Positions 1 to 11,015 of a stretch of DNA of 20,000 bases are shown piece by piece. Made by a program: the position numbers and the translations under genes. Under the pieces are notes generated by a model. The model ran no database searches. It worked only from the letters and a program-made list of their open reading frames with translations, and was not told the DNA's origin. Source of the DNA: Trichinella spiralis (lineage: Eukaryota); assembly GCF_000181795.1 (NCBI RefSeq), contig NW_003526948.1, forward strand, positions 2,210,128 to 2,230,127, read 5' to 3'. The first letter of the stretch is position 1, and each line of letters starts with the position of its first letter.

Positions 1-557
1 TCTAATTATGTTTCCTCCATTTCGAACAAATTATTATCAAAACAAATACTATATTTAGGGCTTATTTTATTATGTGGAATTCAAGGAGTGTTGAAAATGA
101 GAATAAATCAGAATCGCCGCAGCTTTGGTATGAATAAGTAGCTAATGTAATGATAAGAATCATGAGCACCATTGTAATCCATGAAATGATTACTTTTCAA
201 ACAAAGCAAATATTTGCTAAGCATCCGTTAAGACAATCAAGTGTTATTCGACGTCTAAGAGAAATAACGTTAGAAATTCGTTTCATCTGATGATAATAAA
301 CAGATAAACTATTAAAAGTTCGTATACTGAGCGATTAAATCAAAGTTTGGCTAGTGTTGAAACAGCTTTCGACAATTTAATCGAAATGGGTTGAAAATGA
401 GGGAAAATTGGTTTGTTGAAATCTAAAATATATTGCACAAAGATGCGTATTTTGACAGATTATAGCGTTAGAATGCCAAGAATGGTTCATTAGGTGAGTC
501 TCACAAACTTCAGTTGAGTTTAAAGAAAGTCACCGATGGGCAACTTTCCTGAGTATT

Positions 558-891
558 AAGATAGACAAACTGCCAACTTTAAAGCAATTTATTACACAAG
601 CATGGGATTGTGTTCAATCAGAATTTGCAGGACTCTCTAATCTATCGATATGTAAACATAGCCATCAAAAAATATTTTTCACCCAAAACGTGAAAACAAC
701 AAAGTCTATAGCCCGCGAAATTTCGAAATTTTCGAAAATCCTATTTTTATCAAAAAATAAAGTGAGAATGTAGAAAGAAATTAGAAAACAACAGTGAGCT
801 TGGTGCCACGCTGATGGATTGCATATTTCTCGATATGTTGTAGAAAAACTGAAATTAAAATATGATTTTAATGGTGATGAAAGGAAATGAA
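558..891 (+). repeat. Dispersed repeat A, copy 1 (probably a non-autonomous TE fragment)
   Basis: Aligns by eye with 6515-6870, from AAGATAGACAAACTGCCAACTTT through GTGATGAAAGGAAA, with scattered substitutions and one ~20-bp indel. Both copies keep TATCGATA (643-650 and 6601-6608). Confidence 0.9.
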
Positions 892-1264
892 ATGAAATGG
901 AAAGATAAAAGGAAAAAGGATAAAATAAAATAGAAAGAAAAAAGGATCAAAGAAAGGAAAAAATAAAATGTAAAAGTTGAAAAGATATTAGTAGAAAACG
1001 ATTTTGTCAAAGTTTATCAAGAAATCCACATTATTTTGAGCAAAAACAGGTTCTTGTTTAAATAACATTTTTTCCTGAATTTCGTTTACATATTTACATG
1101 TTTACATCATCCAAAAGGTTTCAAATATGTGTCAACACTATTTCCTTGATTGAATACACAACATAAATAAGAATTAGTCAAAATAATAATATGTAAATGC
1201 AATTTTAATCCAACGTGGGGTTGCTTTTATCTGTAAATATCACAATCGCTAACGAGTTATTTCA

Positions 1265-2720
1265 TCCAATTTCTCGAAAAATCAACGATTTACGACGACT
1301 GCATTTATAGTTACTTTCATAAGCGGGATTCAGGGAATGTTGTAAAGCAAAAATACACTCATTGAACCATTAGTTTAATATCACTGAAAAGTTAGTTGAA
1401 TAATGAAAATGATGTACAGCACAGTAATGAGTAAGTAATATGATTGTTTATTAACAAATATAAGATATGGAAAGCATGCGATAGTACAAACATGTATTGA
1501 ACAATGAGAAAGCGAAACAACGTTGGATATTAATATCAATGGTGCATTATAAAGGGATGAATTAATGTAGAGTTAGTGTATCAGATGTTCTGTGTTCATT
1601 TCCTGCCGATTTGAAGCAGCTTCCATCAAATTAAAATTTGCTAAAAATGATGGAAAATTCGATTGCTAAAATGCTAGAAATATTGTGCGAAGCATCAAAT
1701 TTTGGATGATTCCTTCATTGAAATACCAAAACTGTTCCATTTGCTGAATCGCCCGCATGCCGGTTGCATTTAAAGAAAGTTTCAGATTTGCGAATTCTCC
1801 ATGTATTTAGAAGCCACTTATTCCACGTATTAAGCTCGAGGCTGTTTTCCATGCAATGTCGCAAAACAGTTTGGTCTATCAATATGTATCGATTTTGGAA
1901 AGAAAATGCAAATATTGCCAAACAGCTTTTTTCTGCCCCAAAACAGAGAAGCCTATTTAGTCCATGAAATTTTGATTTCTTTACGAAAATCTTTCAAAGA
2001 ACTGATATAGATAAATCAAAGGAAATGCAGTATCTATTACCGCATTTTTCACACAATTTCTAGTAGTGTAGTTTTTGAGATTTTGCTGTAAATGAGTTAC
2101 CAAATTTGGATGTTAATGGTAAGGACAAAAAAATGTATGCGTTTGATAGTCACGCATAGAAGTGGCTTTGATTAAAATTTACTTCGACGCAACAAATCGT
2201 TTCCGCAATAAGGATGCTCTTTATAGTAACAAAACAACATAGAATTTGTACTTGATTTCTATTTGTTTAATACAGGCTGCATGAATTTCAGACGTTTTAT
2301 TTGAGCTACTGCAATCAGTGATAACAATTTAGAAATAGCGTACGATGAAATTTATGATTTTCAGATTAAACGTTTATTGTAACATAATATTTCTTTCATA
2401 AATCCCTTTTTCTAAAATGAGATTTGAACTAAGTTCCTACGTATCGCAAGGAGATGTTCATTATTGTAGATAGATGATTATATAATAGTTATTATACATG
2501 CAGACAGTGAAGCTGATCTGAAGGTTAGTCAGCGAAACTGAAATCCATTAATTGGCAACTAAAATAGTCTGTAGTGATACATACAAAAAACGTTAGTACA
2601 ATTGTAAAGATGACTTACCGCTTAACTATCGGTGATATTGAAGAGGTGATTTCATCGTACTTCTTGACTGATGTTCTTCACACTGATTATGAAAACTATG
2701 ATTAACAATGAAGATGACAT
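1265..2720 (+). pseudogene. Highly decayed PIF/Harbinger-like (DDE_Tnp_4/HARBI1-type) transposase remnant
   Basis: Collinear degenerate motifs across stops and frameshifts: FSKNQRFTTTAF (1271; cf. FxxNFRMsrxtF), IWKACDSTNMY*TMRKRNNVG (1465; cf. LWxLAT..YRTIxxxFxVG), ILDDSFIEIPK (1699; cf. AIDGSHIxIxxP), AYLVHEILIS (1951; cf. AYPLxxxLLTP), FEILL*MSYQI (~2074; cf. FGxLKxRFxIL), VLHT (2673; cf. VLHN). Manual comparison only. Confidence 0.5.
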
Positions 2721-3033
2721 TGTGAAAAGTAGGTCAAGTTTATGGAAATGGAATAATATGATCTTGCTTTTGGTAATGTAATTTAATTTTTTCTGAGTTA
2801 TAGCGCAATGGTATATAAACATTATTGTAAAGTTTACTAACTGCTAAAAGTTATTATGATTTCATTGAAATTCAGTAAAGTATTGTATGTAGAATGTTGA
2901 ACAATTTCCTAATGATATGCTATTCATTACAACTTCATGATGTTCGTTAATCTAAATACTTTTCTATTTCTGTTGTGTTATTATGATTTCAATGAACGTT
3001 CATGTATAACGGTTTATGGATTTGTTAGTGATT

Positions 3034-3079
3034 TATGGTTATAGATTTAGTCTATGGTTATAGCTTAGAACCAGCCTGA
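3034..3079. mobile_element. Candidate right terminus of a Harbinger-type element
   Basis: Two TATGGTTATAG subterminal repeats (3034-3044, 3053-3063), then TAGAACCAGCC (reverse complement GGCTGGTTCTA, a GGC-starting TIR-like end) followed by TGA. Lies downstream of the transposase remnant. No partner TIR was found. Confidence 0.3.
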
Positions 3080-3349
3080 TTTTTTAATTTCTGTTGAAAG
3101 CCGCATGAAATTTGCTATTCTTGAGCATTTCAATGGCAGTCGCTCTCAGTCACACCTGTGATCAGACGGTAGACCTAGGTTTGGTACCGTCTTTAGGCAG
3201 ACAGTCAGCGTGACATGAGTAACACAAATGATAATAGAAGTAATCTTTTTGCGGCCTTTCAGCTTACTCAACGATTACAAACATCACCGTCTCGTTGATG
3301 CAGCTGCATCTTATCAGTACAGAATTTGTCAGTACCTCACACAGTGGAT

Positions 3350-3777
3350 CTGACAAACATGATAGAATTTTAGAAAACGTTTTGTCCCTTGCGTTTTGTT
3401 TGTAACGAACGAGCTGATGTCCCACTCCATACCACTCCACATATTAGCTCACGGACGCGCTATTTTTCAGGTCCCTGATGACTACCACTGGAATGACTGG
3501 AACTAGCACGCAAGAAAATTCATATTCTGCTACAAATACGTATCACTTGATTGACCAGGAGTAGTTGGGCGTCACCACTACACATTGTGGTGATCACATA
3601 AGTTAGCACTTCGCACTCCTGGAAGAGCATCCGCGTCTCGACAACGTCAACAAGCCTGATAGTTTTCTGAACGACTTTGTCTAAGAATTCAGCAGTTGGA
3701 AAATATTTTCTGAAATCCATATAATCTGTGATAACCGGCGAATCCTGGTAGCTAATGAAGAGGACATACGGTGGAAG
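3350..3777 (-). pseudogene. Decayed W2-domain-like gene (eIF4G/DAP5/eIF5/eIF2B-epsilon/BZW C-terminal HEAT domain)
   Basis: Stop-free frame 3777-3523. Skipping one base at 3531 continues it as ...DAQLLLVNQVIRIC/AEYEFSCVLVPVIPVVVIRDLKNSASVS*YVEWY, resembling the W2 pattern QlxlLxaiexfC...llpxlpxilkxLydxdvlsEeaileWY. One frameshift and one stop (3446-3444). Confidence 0.4.
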
Positions 3778-3929
3778 TCAATTTCAGCTCCTTTCCGCCT
3801 TTATGAGTACGTGAGGTGTCAATAAGTTTATGGAACGAATCACAAATGATACACGTGTAAACTTGTATAAGTATACACAACTGTACGATTTTCAAGAAGT
3901 AGCTAACTATGCCTACTTTATAATATGCG

Positions 3930-4380
3930 AATTAAATCATCCAATGTCCCATTGGCTGTCACTATGATGCTTTCTATTCGCCCTCAACAACTGGAAATTT
4001 CATTCTCTCATTGGCTGTAACTATGATGCGTTTTATTCGCTGTCATCAAAGGCAAATTTCATTGGTACACCGGCTGGCATTAGGTCGCATTCCATTGGTC
4101 GCGTTTATATGCAAATTTCATTCTCCCACGTCGTATTCGCTGTCACTAAACGCGTTCCATTCGTTGCCATCATGAGCAAATTTCATTGGTCAACCGGCTG
4201 TCACGACGTCGCATTCTATTGGTCGTCATTATATGCAACTATTCGTTGTCATCATAAGCAAATTTCATTGGTCCACCGGCTGTCACGACGTCCGCATTCT
4301 ATTGGTCGTCATTATATGCAAATTTCATTCAACCCACGTTCCATTGGGTGGCATTAAGACGCGGTCCCCTATTGGGCCAT
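3930..4380 (-). promoter_or_regulatory. Degenerate tandem array rich in CCAAT boxes and octamer-like motifs
   Basis: Ten ATTGG (CCAAT on minus) at 3951, 4010, 4061, 4094, 4185, 4218, 4267, 4301, 4343 and 4371, within recurring GCAAATTTCATTGGT..CCGGCTGTCACGACGTC-GCATTCTATTGGTCG units. ATGCAAAT at 4109 and 4316; minus-strand TATAAAG at 3922-3916. The repeat is certain; the promoter role is inferred. Confidence 0.6.
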
Positions 4381-5164
4381 CCTGNNNNNNNNNNTGCTTA
4401 CTTTTTCTCCATGTGCAATTGATTGTGTTTGTAAGAAATGGTGTGTCACTGAATATTTCTGCGAATACTTCCAGTGATACCTATATTAATGTGATGCATA
4501 ACTTGGATATCTGAAAGCGTGCTGATTTAGCTGAAAAGCTAGCATTAGCAATGATTACAAGTTATACTTCATTTTCATCTCCGTATATGAAGTATTCAGT
4601 TTCATATTATGTGAATTGTGAAAGTGAAAATGGTGAACGCAAATATGTACTATACTTCTTTTGTTTGTTTTAAGCACCTTTAAAAATCAAAAGTAATGTA
4701 CTACTAATAATATTTAAAAGTGAATAGTGATAGCAGAAAATCTAAAAAGTTTACATTTATTATGTTTGTCAAGTTATGCGAATAGCATATATCACAAAAG
4801 TATCAGCATACATTCTCAGACATCACTTACCTTTTAAAAATACATGACTTTCAACAGTGGAATTATATTTCCCACATTCCACTCTTTTGTTGCATTTGCT
4901 TCCAAATCATGACAATGCTGAAAGTGAATAACATTATTGTGGTCATCTCAACATGAAAACAAATATAGGTACACGTTTGTGTAAAGCATCTGATTTAATT
5001 ATCTGAAAGGGAACAATAATAATACTAATACAGATTCTGATTAGCGTTCTTTCACCATAATTGAAAGTCAACCAAATAGTATTCATAGAAAAGTAAAGGC
5101 AACATAATGTAAAATATAATTCAAAGATGGTATTGAAGAGCGGAATTACAGTTGAACACGTACC

Positions 5165-5708
5165 TGTAGCCGTTGCACAGTATTAAATAACTGAATATAA
5201 TAAAAATGCTCTAAAGTGGTGTTTGATAATAAGTAAATTATGCAAATAGAAAACTACTTTGCCTCTGGTAGAACAGCCTAATTTTACATCACTAATAGCG
5301 TAGTAGCGTGCGTATGGTGAAGAATTTTATTAAATTATTAAATGACGAATGTAATTTACTTTTTATTTAAATGCATAATATAACAAAAAATTTCATTATG
5401 ATGCAGATTTCTTTCACTGAAATAATATGNNNNNNNNNNTGTAGCCGTTGCCCCAGTATTAAATAACCGAATATAATAAAAATGCCTCTAAAGTGGTGTT
5501 TGATAATAAGTAATTTATGCAAATAGAAAACTACCTTTGCCTTTGGTAGAACAGACCTAATTTTACATCACTAATAGCGTAGTAGCGTGCGTATGGTGAA
5601 GAATTTTATTAAATTATTAAATGACGAATGTAATTTACTTTTTATTTAAATGCATAATATAACAAAAAATTTCATTATGATGCAGATTTCTTTCACTGAA
5701 ATAATATG
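5165..5708 (+). repeat. Gap-flanking duplication (5165-5429 vs 5440-5708), likely an unmerged contig overlap
   Basis: Near-identical copies either side of a 10-N gap. Differences are confined to the first ~120 bp after the gap and include single-base insertions typical of read-end errors. Confidence 0.85.
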
Positions 5709-6514
5709 AAAACCTGAAGCACTAAATATTTCTAACATAATCTGTAAACACTTCTAAATTAAATAAATTTAGCTGCGTGAAAGTGTGATGTGATGCAGTA
5801 CATTGTATTAGATGTTTTTCTTACAATCAATGTGCGAAGTATAATGAGCAGTTTTTATCAAAAATCAACTTATAAAGTATAATATCAGTTAAATACATTT
5901 GTTGAATAAAACTAATAACATATTTCAGGAAAAGTTAACATAGAAATTATGTTCAGCTTCAAACCATTTATGGGTACGAAAATTACTAAAAAATACCATA
6001 ATAATAAATATAATTAGAAGAAATGACAAATAAACGATTGATACAAGCAACACAATAACAAAAATAAATACAATTTACAAAAATTATCAACAAGAAAGAA
6101 TACAAATAAATTTCAAATTCTATACATGCTAGTGATAAAGAAATGCAGCAGGTAAATGAAAGGTGAAATATCACCTTTGACAAAATGAAATGGGACATAC
6201 AGAAAAATTGGTAAATCGCTTCATTTCCATGTTATGATTACAGCATAAATACCATTTGAATACCTTGGGAAATATAAATAGCATTATACATTTGTTTTTG
6301 AAAAATGACTAATAGAGTTGTCAAAGAAAGTCAGCTCAATTACTTCAAATATAATGAATTGAGCAATACGGAAAAAATATTGAAAGAATATGGAAATATT
6401 GAAAAATATGAATAATCATTTCCAAATCAAAATGTAAAATGCTTCATTTATTAAATTTCATTCACATTGGGTATGTATCAACAAAGTTACGGTTGCGTAA
6501 ATACTCTATCAATC

Positions 6515-6870
6515 AAGATAGACAAACTGCCAACTTTGAAAGCAATTTATTCCACACTTATCGGATTGCGTTCAATCAGAATTTGCAGAATTCTCTAATC
6601 TATCGATATAAAACCATACCCAAAAAAAAGATTTCAAAATTGTGAAAAATCATTTTTCACCCAAAACGCGAAAACAGCAAAGTCTACAGCCCACGAAATT
6701 TCGAAATTTTCATAAAACCTATTTTTCTCCAAAAATAGTATTGAGAATGTAGGAAAAAATTAGAAAACAACAATGAGTTTGATCCCAGGTTACCTGATTG
6801 CGTATTTCTCGAGAAATTGTAAACAAATTGAAACTAAAATACAATTTTAATAGTGATGAAAGGAAAAGAA
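6515..6870 (+). repeat. Dispersed repeat A, copy 2
   Basis: Direct, diverged copy of 558-891. Confidence 0.9.
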
Positions 6871-6953
6871 TTAAAATATAAATGTTTGAAAACGTCATAA
6901 TAAGAAAANNNNNNNNNNNNNNNNNNNNNNNNNNNNNNNNNNNNGATGACCTT

Positions 6954-7005
6954 GGGTGGATCCATCTGATCCACCCTCGACGGACCAGATGGCCATTCTG
7001 ATCCG
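6954..7005. other. Two adjacent GC-rich hairpins
   Basis: GGGTGGATC-catct-GATCCACCC (6954-6976, perfect 9-bp stem) and CGGACCAGA-tggccat-TCTGATCCG (6981-7005, one mismatch). Confidence 0.7.
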
Positions 7006-8430
7006 CCGAAGACGTAGCTTCCGCACCAGATGGCGTGCGCTGCCAGGCAAATGTGAATCGTCTCGCCTACTAAGCCTTGCCGCCTCATGCACATCAAATT
7101 GCCGTCACACCTGACACTCAATATTAATGTACTGTCCTGCAGAACCATCTCATGTTTGCATACTTACCGTATGATTTACAACTCATCATTATTGATTTAA
7201 TGTATTATGCCTACTTATCTTTTCAAATGAAACTGACTACTGTAAGTAGCTGTTTTTTGCATTCCATTTAAAACATTCTAATTAAATATTAAAAAACCCT
7301 GCTAAAATATGCAGTTACGAGTGACGTTATTATACCTAATTAGAAAATATTATGACCCACTTTTGTGTTTACATTGTATGTTAATCATTAATTAAAAAAT
7401 TCTCACTGCTGAAACATGTTGTTATGAGTGACGTTATTTAACCTAATTAAAAATTAAAATACTCAATGTTGCATTTACTTTGCTTTTTAAACTTTCTAAT
7501 TAGCATATTAAAATTAAGCTCATATTTAATACATTGTTTTCCTACATGTTACGGATTAATAACATTCTATTTATAGAAGATTACTTCCTATTTATAAAAA
7601 GATTAAACTCGTTGCACCTTGTCTAAGCTAATTGTTTATTTCATTTATGCCAAGTTTAGTTTTCCCATTACCTAATTAAAGGAGACCCCGATTAACATTT
7701 TATAAGTAAAAAATTTATATTCAAGCAATATCTAATTCACCAATAATCAATCAATAAATAAAATTATGCTTATTTAATGTTTACTATATTACACCCCTTT
7801 TAACTGTTTACATTACACTGTTTTACACTAAAAATATATTATTATCAGTATAAAATTAATGAATAATTAAAATCTTTTATATGATGAAATGTAAATGAAA
7901 AACTGGTTAACTTTTCTACTTTAAAACAGTGTAATGTAAACAAAAACTGAATTTGCCCAATTATTAGATGAATGAACATTATATTTTATTTATCATTTAA
8001 GTTCCTAAATTAAAAAATTAATGTATAAAATGTTAACAAATTTAAACTATTTAGCATGATTATAAGGGAAAACTCTCGATGGAGATTAATTTCAAATGTT
8101 TGATGCCTAAACTGACGAAAGGTGCAACGCCAAATGAACTAATTAAAGGTGTGACGGCAGATCTGATGTCAATCATTGGCCAAGTGTCAGAGCCAGCGAG
8201 ACAATAACACAAACGCATAGCAACGCTTACCGTTCCTCTTGGGGGAGTAACGATCACCACTAGATTGGCACCGAAACAGAGTCTCGGCACTACGTCAATT
8301 GCGAATTTGCATAACTGCCTCTAGGACAGATACGTCTTACGAATTCACATAGGTGTTGAAATCCCATTGCACAAGATTTCAAACAACGTCCATTACCACA
8401 CAAATGGACAGGGTCATCTCTTTAAAACCG

Positions 8431-8768
8431 GTCTCTGGACAGCACGGGACTAGGAGGCTCCGCCGAGGGAAGTCCCCGTTAACGGGCAGGAGGGCGGGGG
8501 GCGGCGCGGGGGCGGTCGGGCTGAAAAAAACCTTGCTTGAGATCCCATTGCTGGGATCCGAGCAAGGCGGCAGGCCTCTGGTACCGCAACCGGGAGAGGA
8601 AGAGGTGAGCTTTGAAAATATGGACTTTGATCATTTGATACGGTTAGGGTCGCGTCGTGCAGTGTAACCCGTCGAACTCCTGCACACCACCCTATCTCAC
8701 ATTCCTCCTATCCTTGCACTGCTATTCTCAAACAATTACTTATTCTAATACTCAAACTATAGCAGTGC
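8431..8768. other. GC-rich, hairpin-dense island of unknown function
   Basis: Long stem CCTTGCTTGAGATCCCA-ttgc-TGGGATCCGAGCAAGG (8531-8567) next to A7 (8524-8530); palindrome CCCGTTAACGGG; stems GTGCAG/CTGCAC (8657-8685) and GCACTGCTAT/ATAGCAGTGC (8716-8768). Confidence 0.55.
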
Positions 8769-10894
8769 TACAAACTCACTATGCTCAAAAATTGTCTTTT
8801 GAAATGATCGACAAATTATTCAACCATTTCACTTTCCGCAAATGAACCCTAAACTCAACTCGACAAGGCATGGGACGTGAAAACGTTCAAATGCGGAAAG
8901 CCACTCAAATTAATTATAATAATACTCATGATCTACATCCAGTTACTCTAATTAACAAACATCTGAATTAAATGCTCGATAACTTACAGCTCGAATTTAT
9001 ATAAATTACAGACTCAAGAACTCCTCAGTGAAATTTAACTAATTAGCCTAACTCAAGGAATTATACTTACCAAACTTACCCTTGTCTTCTGGATGTCTTC
9101 TTTTATCTTCTATTCTTCTGTATCTAAATGTAGAAGAATTAATTTAATAAAATAATGTTATAATAAATAAAAAAACAAAGCCGTTTTTATTGTTCTTCTT
9201 CGTCCGTCATCGCATTGGAAACGCCATTGTTCATTCGCCGCACATCGTTCGCCTACAATCATTTGAAATGAGTTTCTGGAGCAACTAATAGTAGCCTCAG
9301 GAAAATTTACATAAAGTTCATTTCTATTGATTAGCAAGTATGAAACGTATTCCTCATTTCGTTGAACAAATATTATGCAAGTCACGCATAAGCTCAAAAG
9401 CAAACAAATTGAAATTGCACTCAAATTTGCATTCAAACTAGACAACGCCCATGTTTGATAAGATAACATTCTTCTATATCTAATAATACACCTTACTCAG
9501 TAGTTAAAGCAGAAATAGATCGAGCAAACATCACTGTCGATGCTTCTGTTAGTCAACAAAGTCAATTTAACTGTTGCACTGCTAATATGAAGTTAATTTT
9601 CAAACGGCCCAATTTGCATAAAAGACAGACACTGCGCACGTAGCGTTAAACACCGGCTTACGTAAGTTGGACATGCTACTCTAATATGAATTAGAACATA
9701 ATGTCAACAAAAAATAAACAATAATTGAGCACACTGGTTGCGCTCTATGCCAAGCATAATTAACTATATGAAAATTTTGATTTATCTAATGCTTCATGGT
9801 GAAAAATTTTGAAAAAAAGTATAAAGTGATAATAAAATTGAATTTAAAATGATTTCTGTATGAAAACGGTATTTTTCTGTCCTGCATAATAGATAACTCT
9901 ATACGCTTAGTGATATTCGACCTGCTAATTTGAGAATGAAATTGAATGCCATATGCAAGTGTAAATTGAAAATTTTATCGTCTTTTCCAATTAAATGTAG
10001 ACGATTACCTAAAATAGCAAATTGAAATACGGATTTGTTCAAAACCTTCAATGTTCAACTATATGTAATTGAGAATTTTGCTCTAAAAGTACTTCAAGTT
10101 TTACGCATCTTCAAATTGAAAAGTGCTTAAATACTTAAATATACATGCATTCATAGCAAAACATCAGGAAAATAAGTTTCAGTATTAAATTTTCACCTGA
10201 ATGTGGCATCTTGCACTCGTACTTTGGTTACGCTGCGACACCGCTTATCGAACAACACCGTAATAAAGTAATAACTATGCATTCATTTCTTTGTCTATTA
10301 CTTAGTAACCTTCTTATCATTAATTTGGCAATTTAAATAATGCATCTTACTGTATCTTCAATTATTAATTATCTTTCCGTGATTTTATTTTTGAAGTGTA
10401 ATTTAACTTCATATTATAAAAGATGTTTTTACTCTTTCTCTTTCCATCTGCTTTATTTCCCTTTTATGCTTTGTATTATGTGCTCATGTAAGATAAAAAT
10501 GTCTGCTAGAAATACGCCATTTATGTGAAATAAGACTTGTATTTATTTCACAGACAACATTGAAGCTGTGCTGCAGTCAAGCCGGCTATCATCAGTTAGA
10601 TTAATACTTGCAGATTTTCATATACACTTAATTTATTGCTTTTTGACTCATGCCTGATTTTCAGATATACTGTAATGTCCTGTTGTGTGTTTTGTCTTGT
10701 GTGCTTGTTTGTGCACAACGATACTTCCGATAATTTTCTGCAATGCTTCATATTCCCGCTTCATCCTAACAACAATGTGAACCTACTTTGCGGAACACTT
10801 TTTCCAGTATCAGTCACAAATGCACTTTCCTTCCGCTGCTTTACTGTTTTGTACCTCTTTTCTTAAACTCTGACTACTTTATAATTAGCAAAAT

Positions 10895-11015
10895 CAAATG
10901 TCCCTCGTCCGATCGATTGTCAGTGTGATGCGGTTTTATTTGTCGTCATCATACACAAATTTCATTCTCCCATGTTGCATTATCTGTACTAAGACGGGTT
11001 CCATTCTTGCCACTT
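10895..11015 (+). repeat. Diverged relic of the 3930-4380 array unit
   Basis: CAAATTTCATTCTCCCATGTTGCATTATCTGTACTAAGACGGGTTCCATTCTTGCCA aligns with CAAATTTCATTCTCCCACGTCGTATTCGCTGTCACTAAACGCGTTCCATTCGTTGCCA at 4112-4169. Confidence 0.7.

Noticed and set aside
3475..3520. Hammerhead ribozyme core CTGATGA (other instances also checked)
   Set aside because: No stem II followed by GAAA in the required geometry.
5165..5708. Biological tandem duplication
   Set aside because: The copies abut a placeholder gap and differ only near the contig start, so an assembly overlap is more likely.
8462..8530. RNase MRP RNA-like GGGGAAGTCCCCG...CGGGCAG on the plus strand
   Set aside because: No P8 stem with a GARAR loop and no properly placed 3' P4 strand (ACnnnAnnGGGGCU).
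8524..8567. Rho-independent terminator (hairpin plus T7 on minus)
   Set aside because: The window is eukaryotic and there is no upstream bacterial gene; kept only as part of the structured-RNA candidate.
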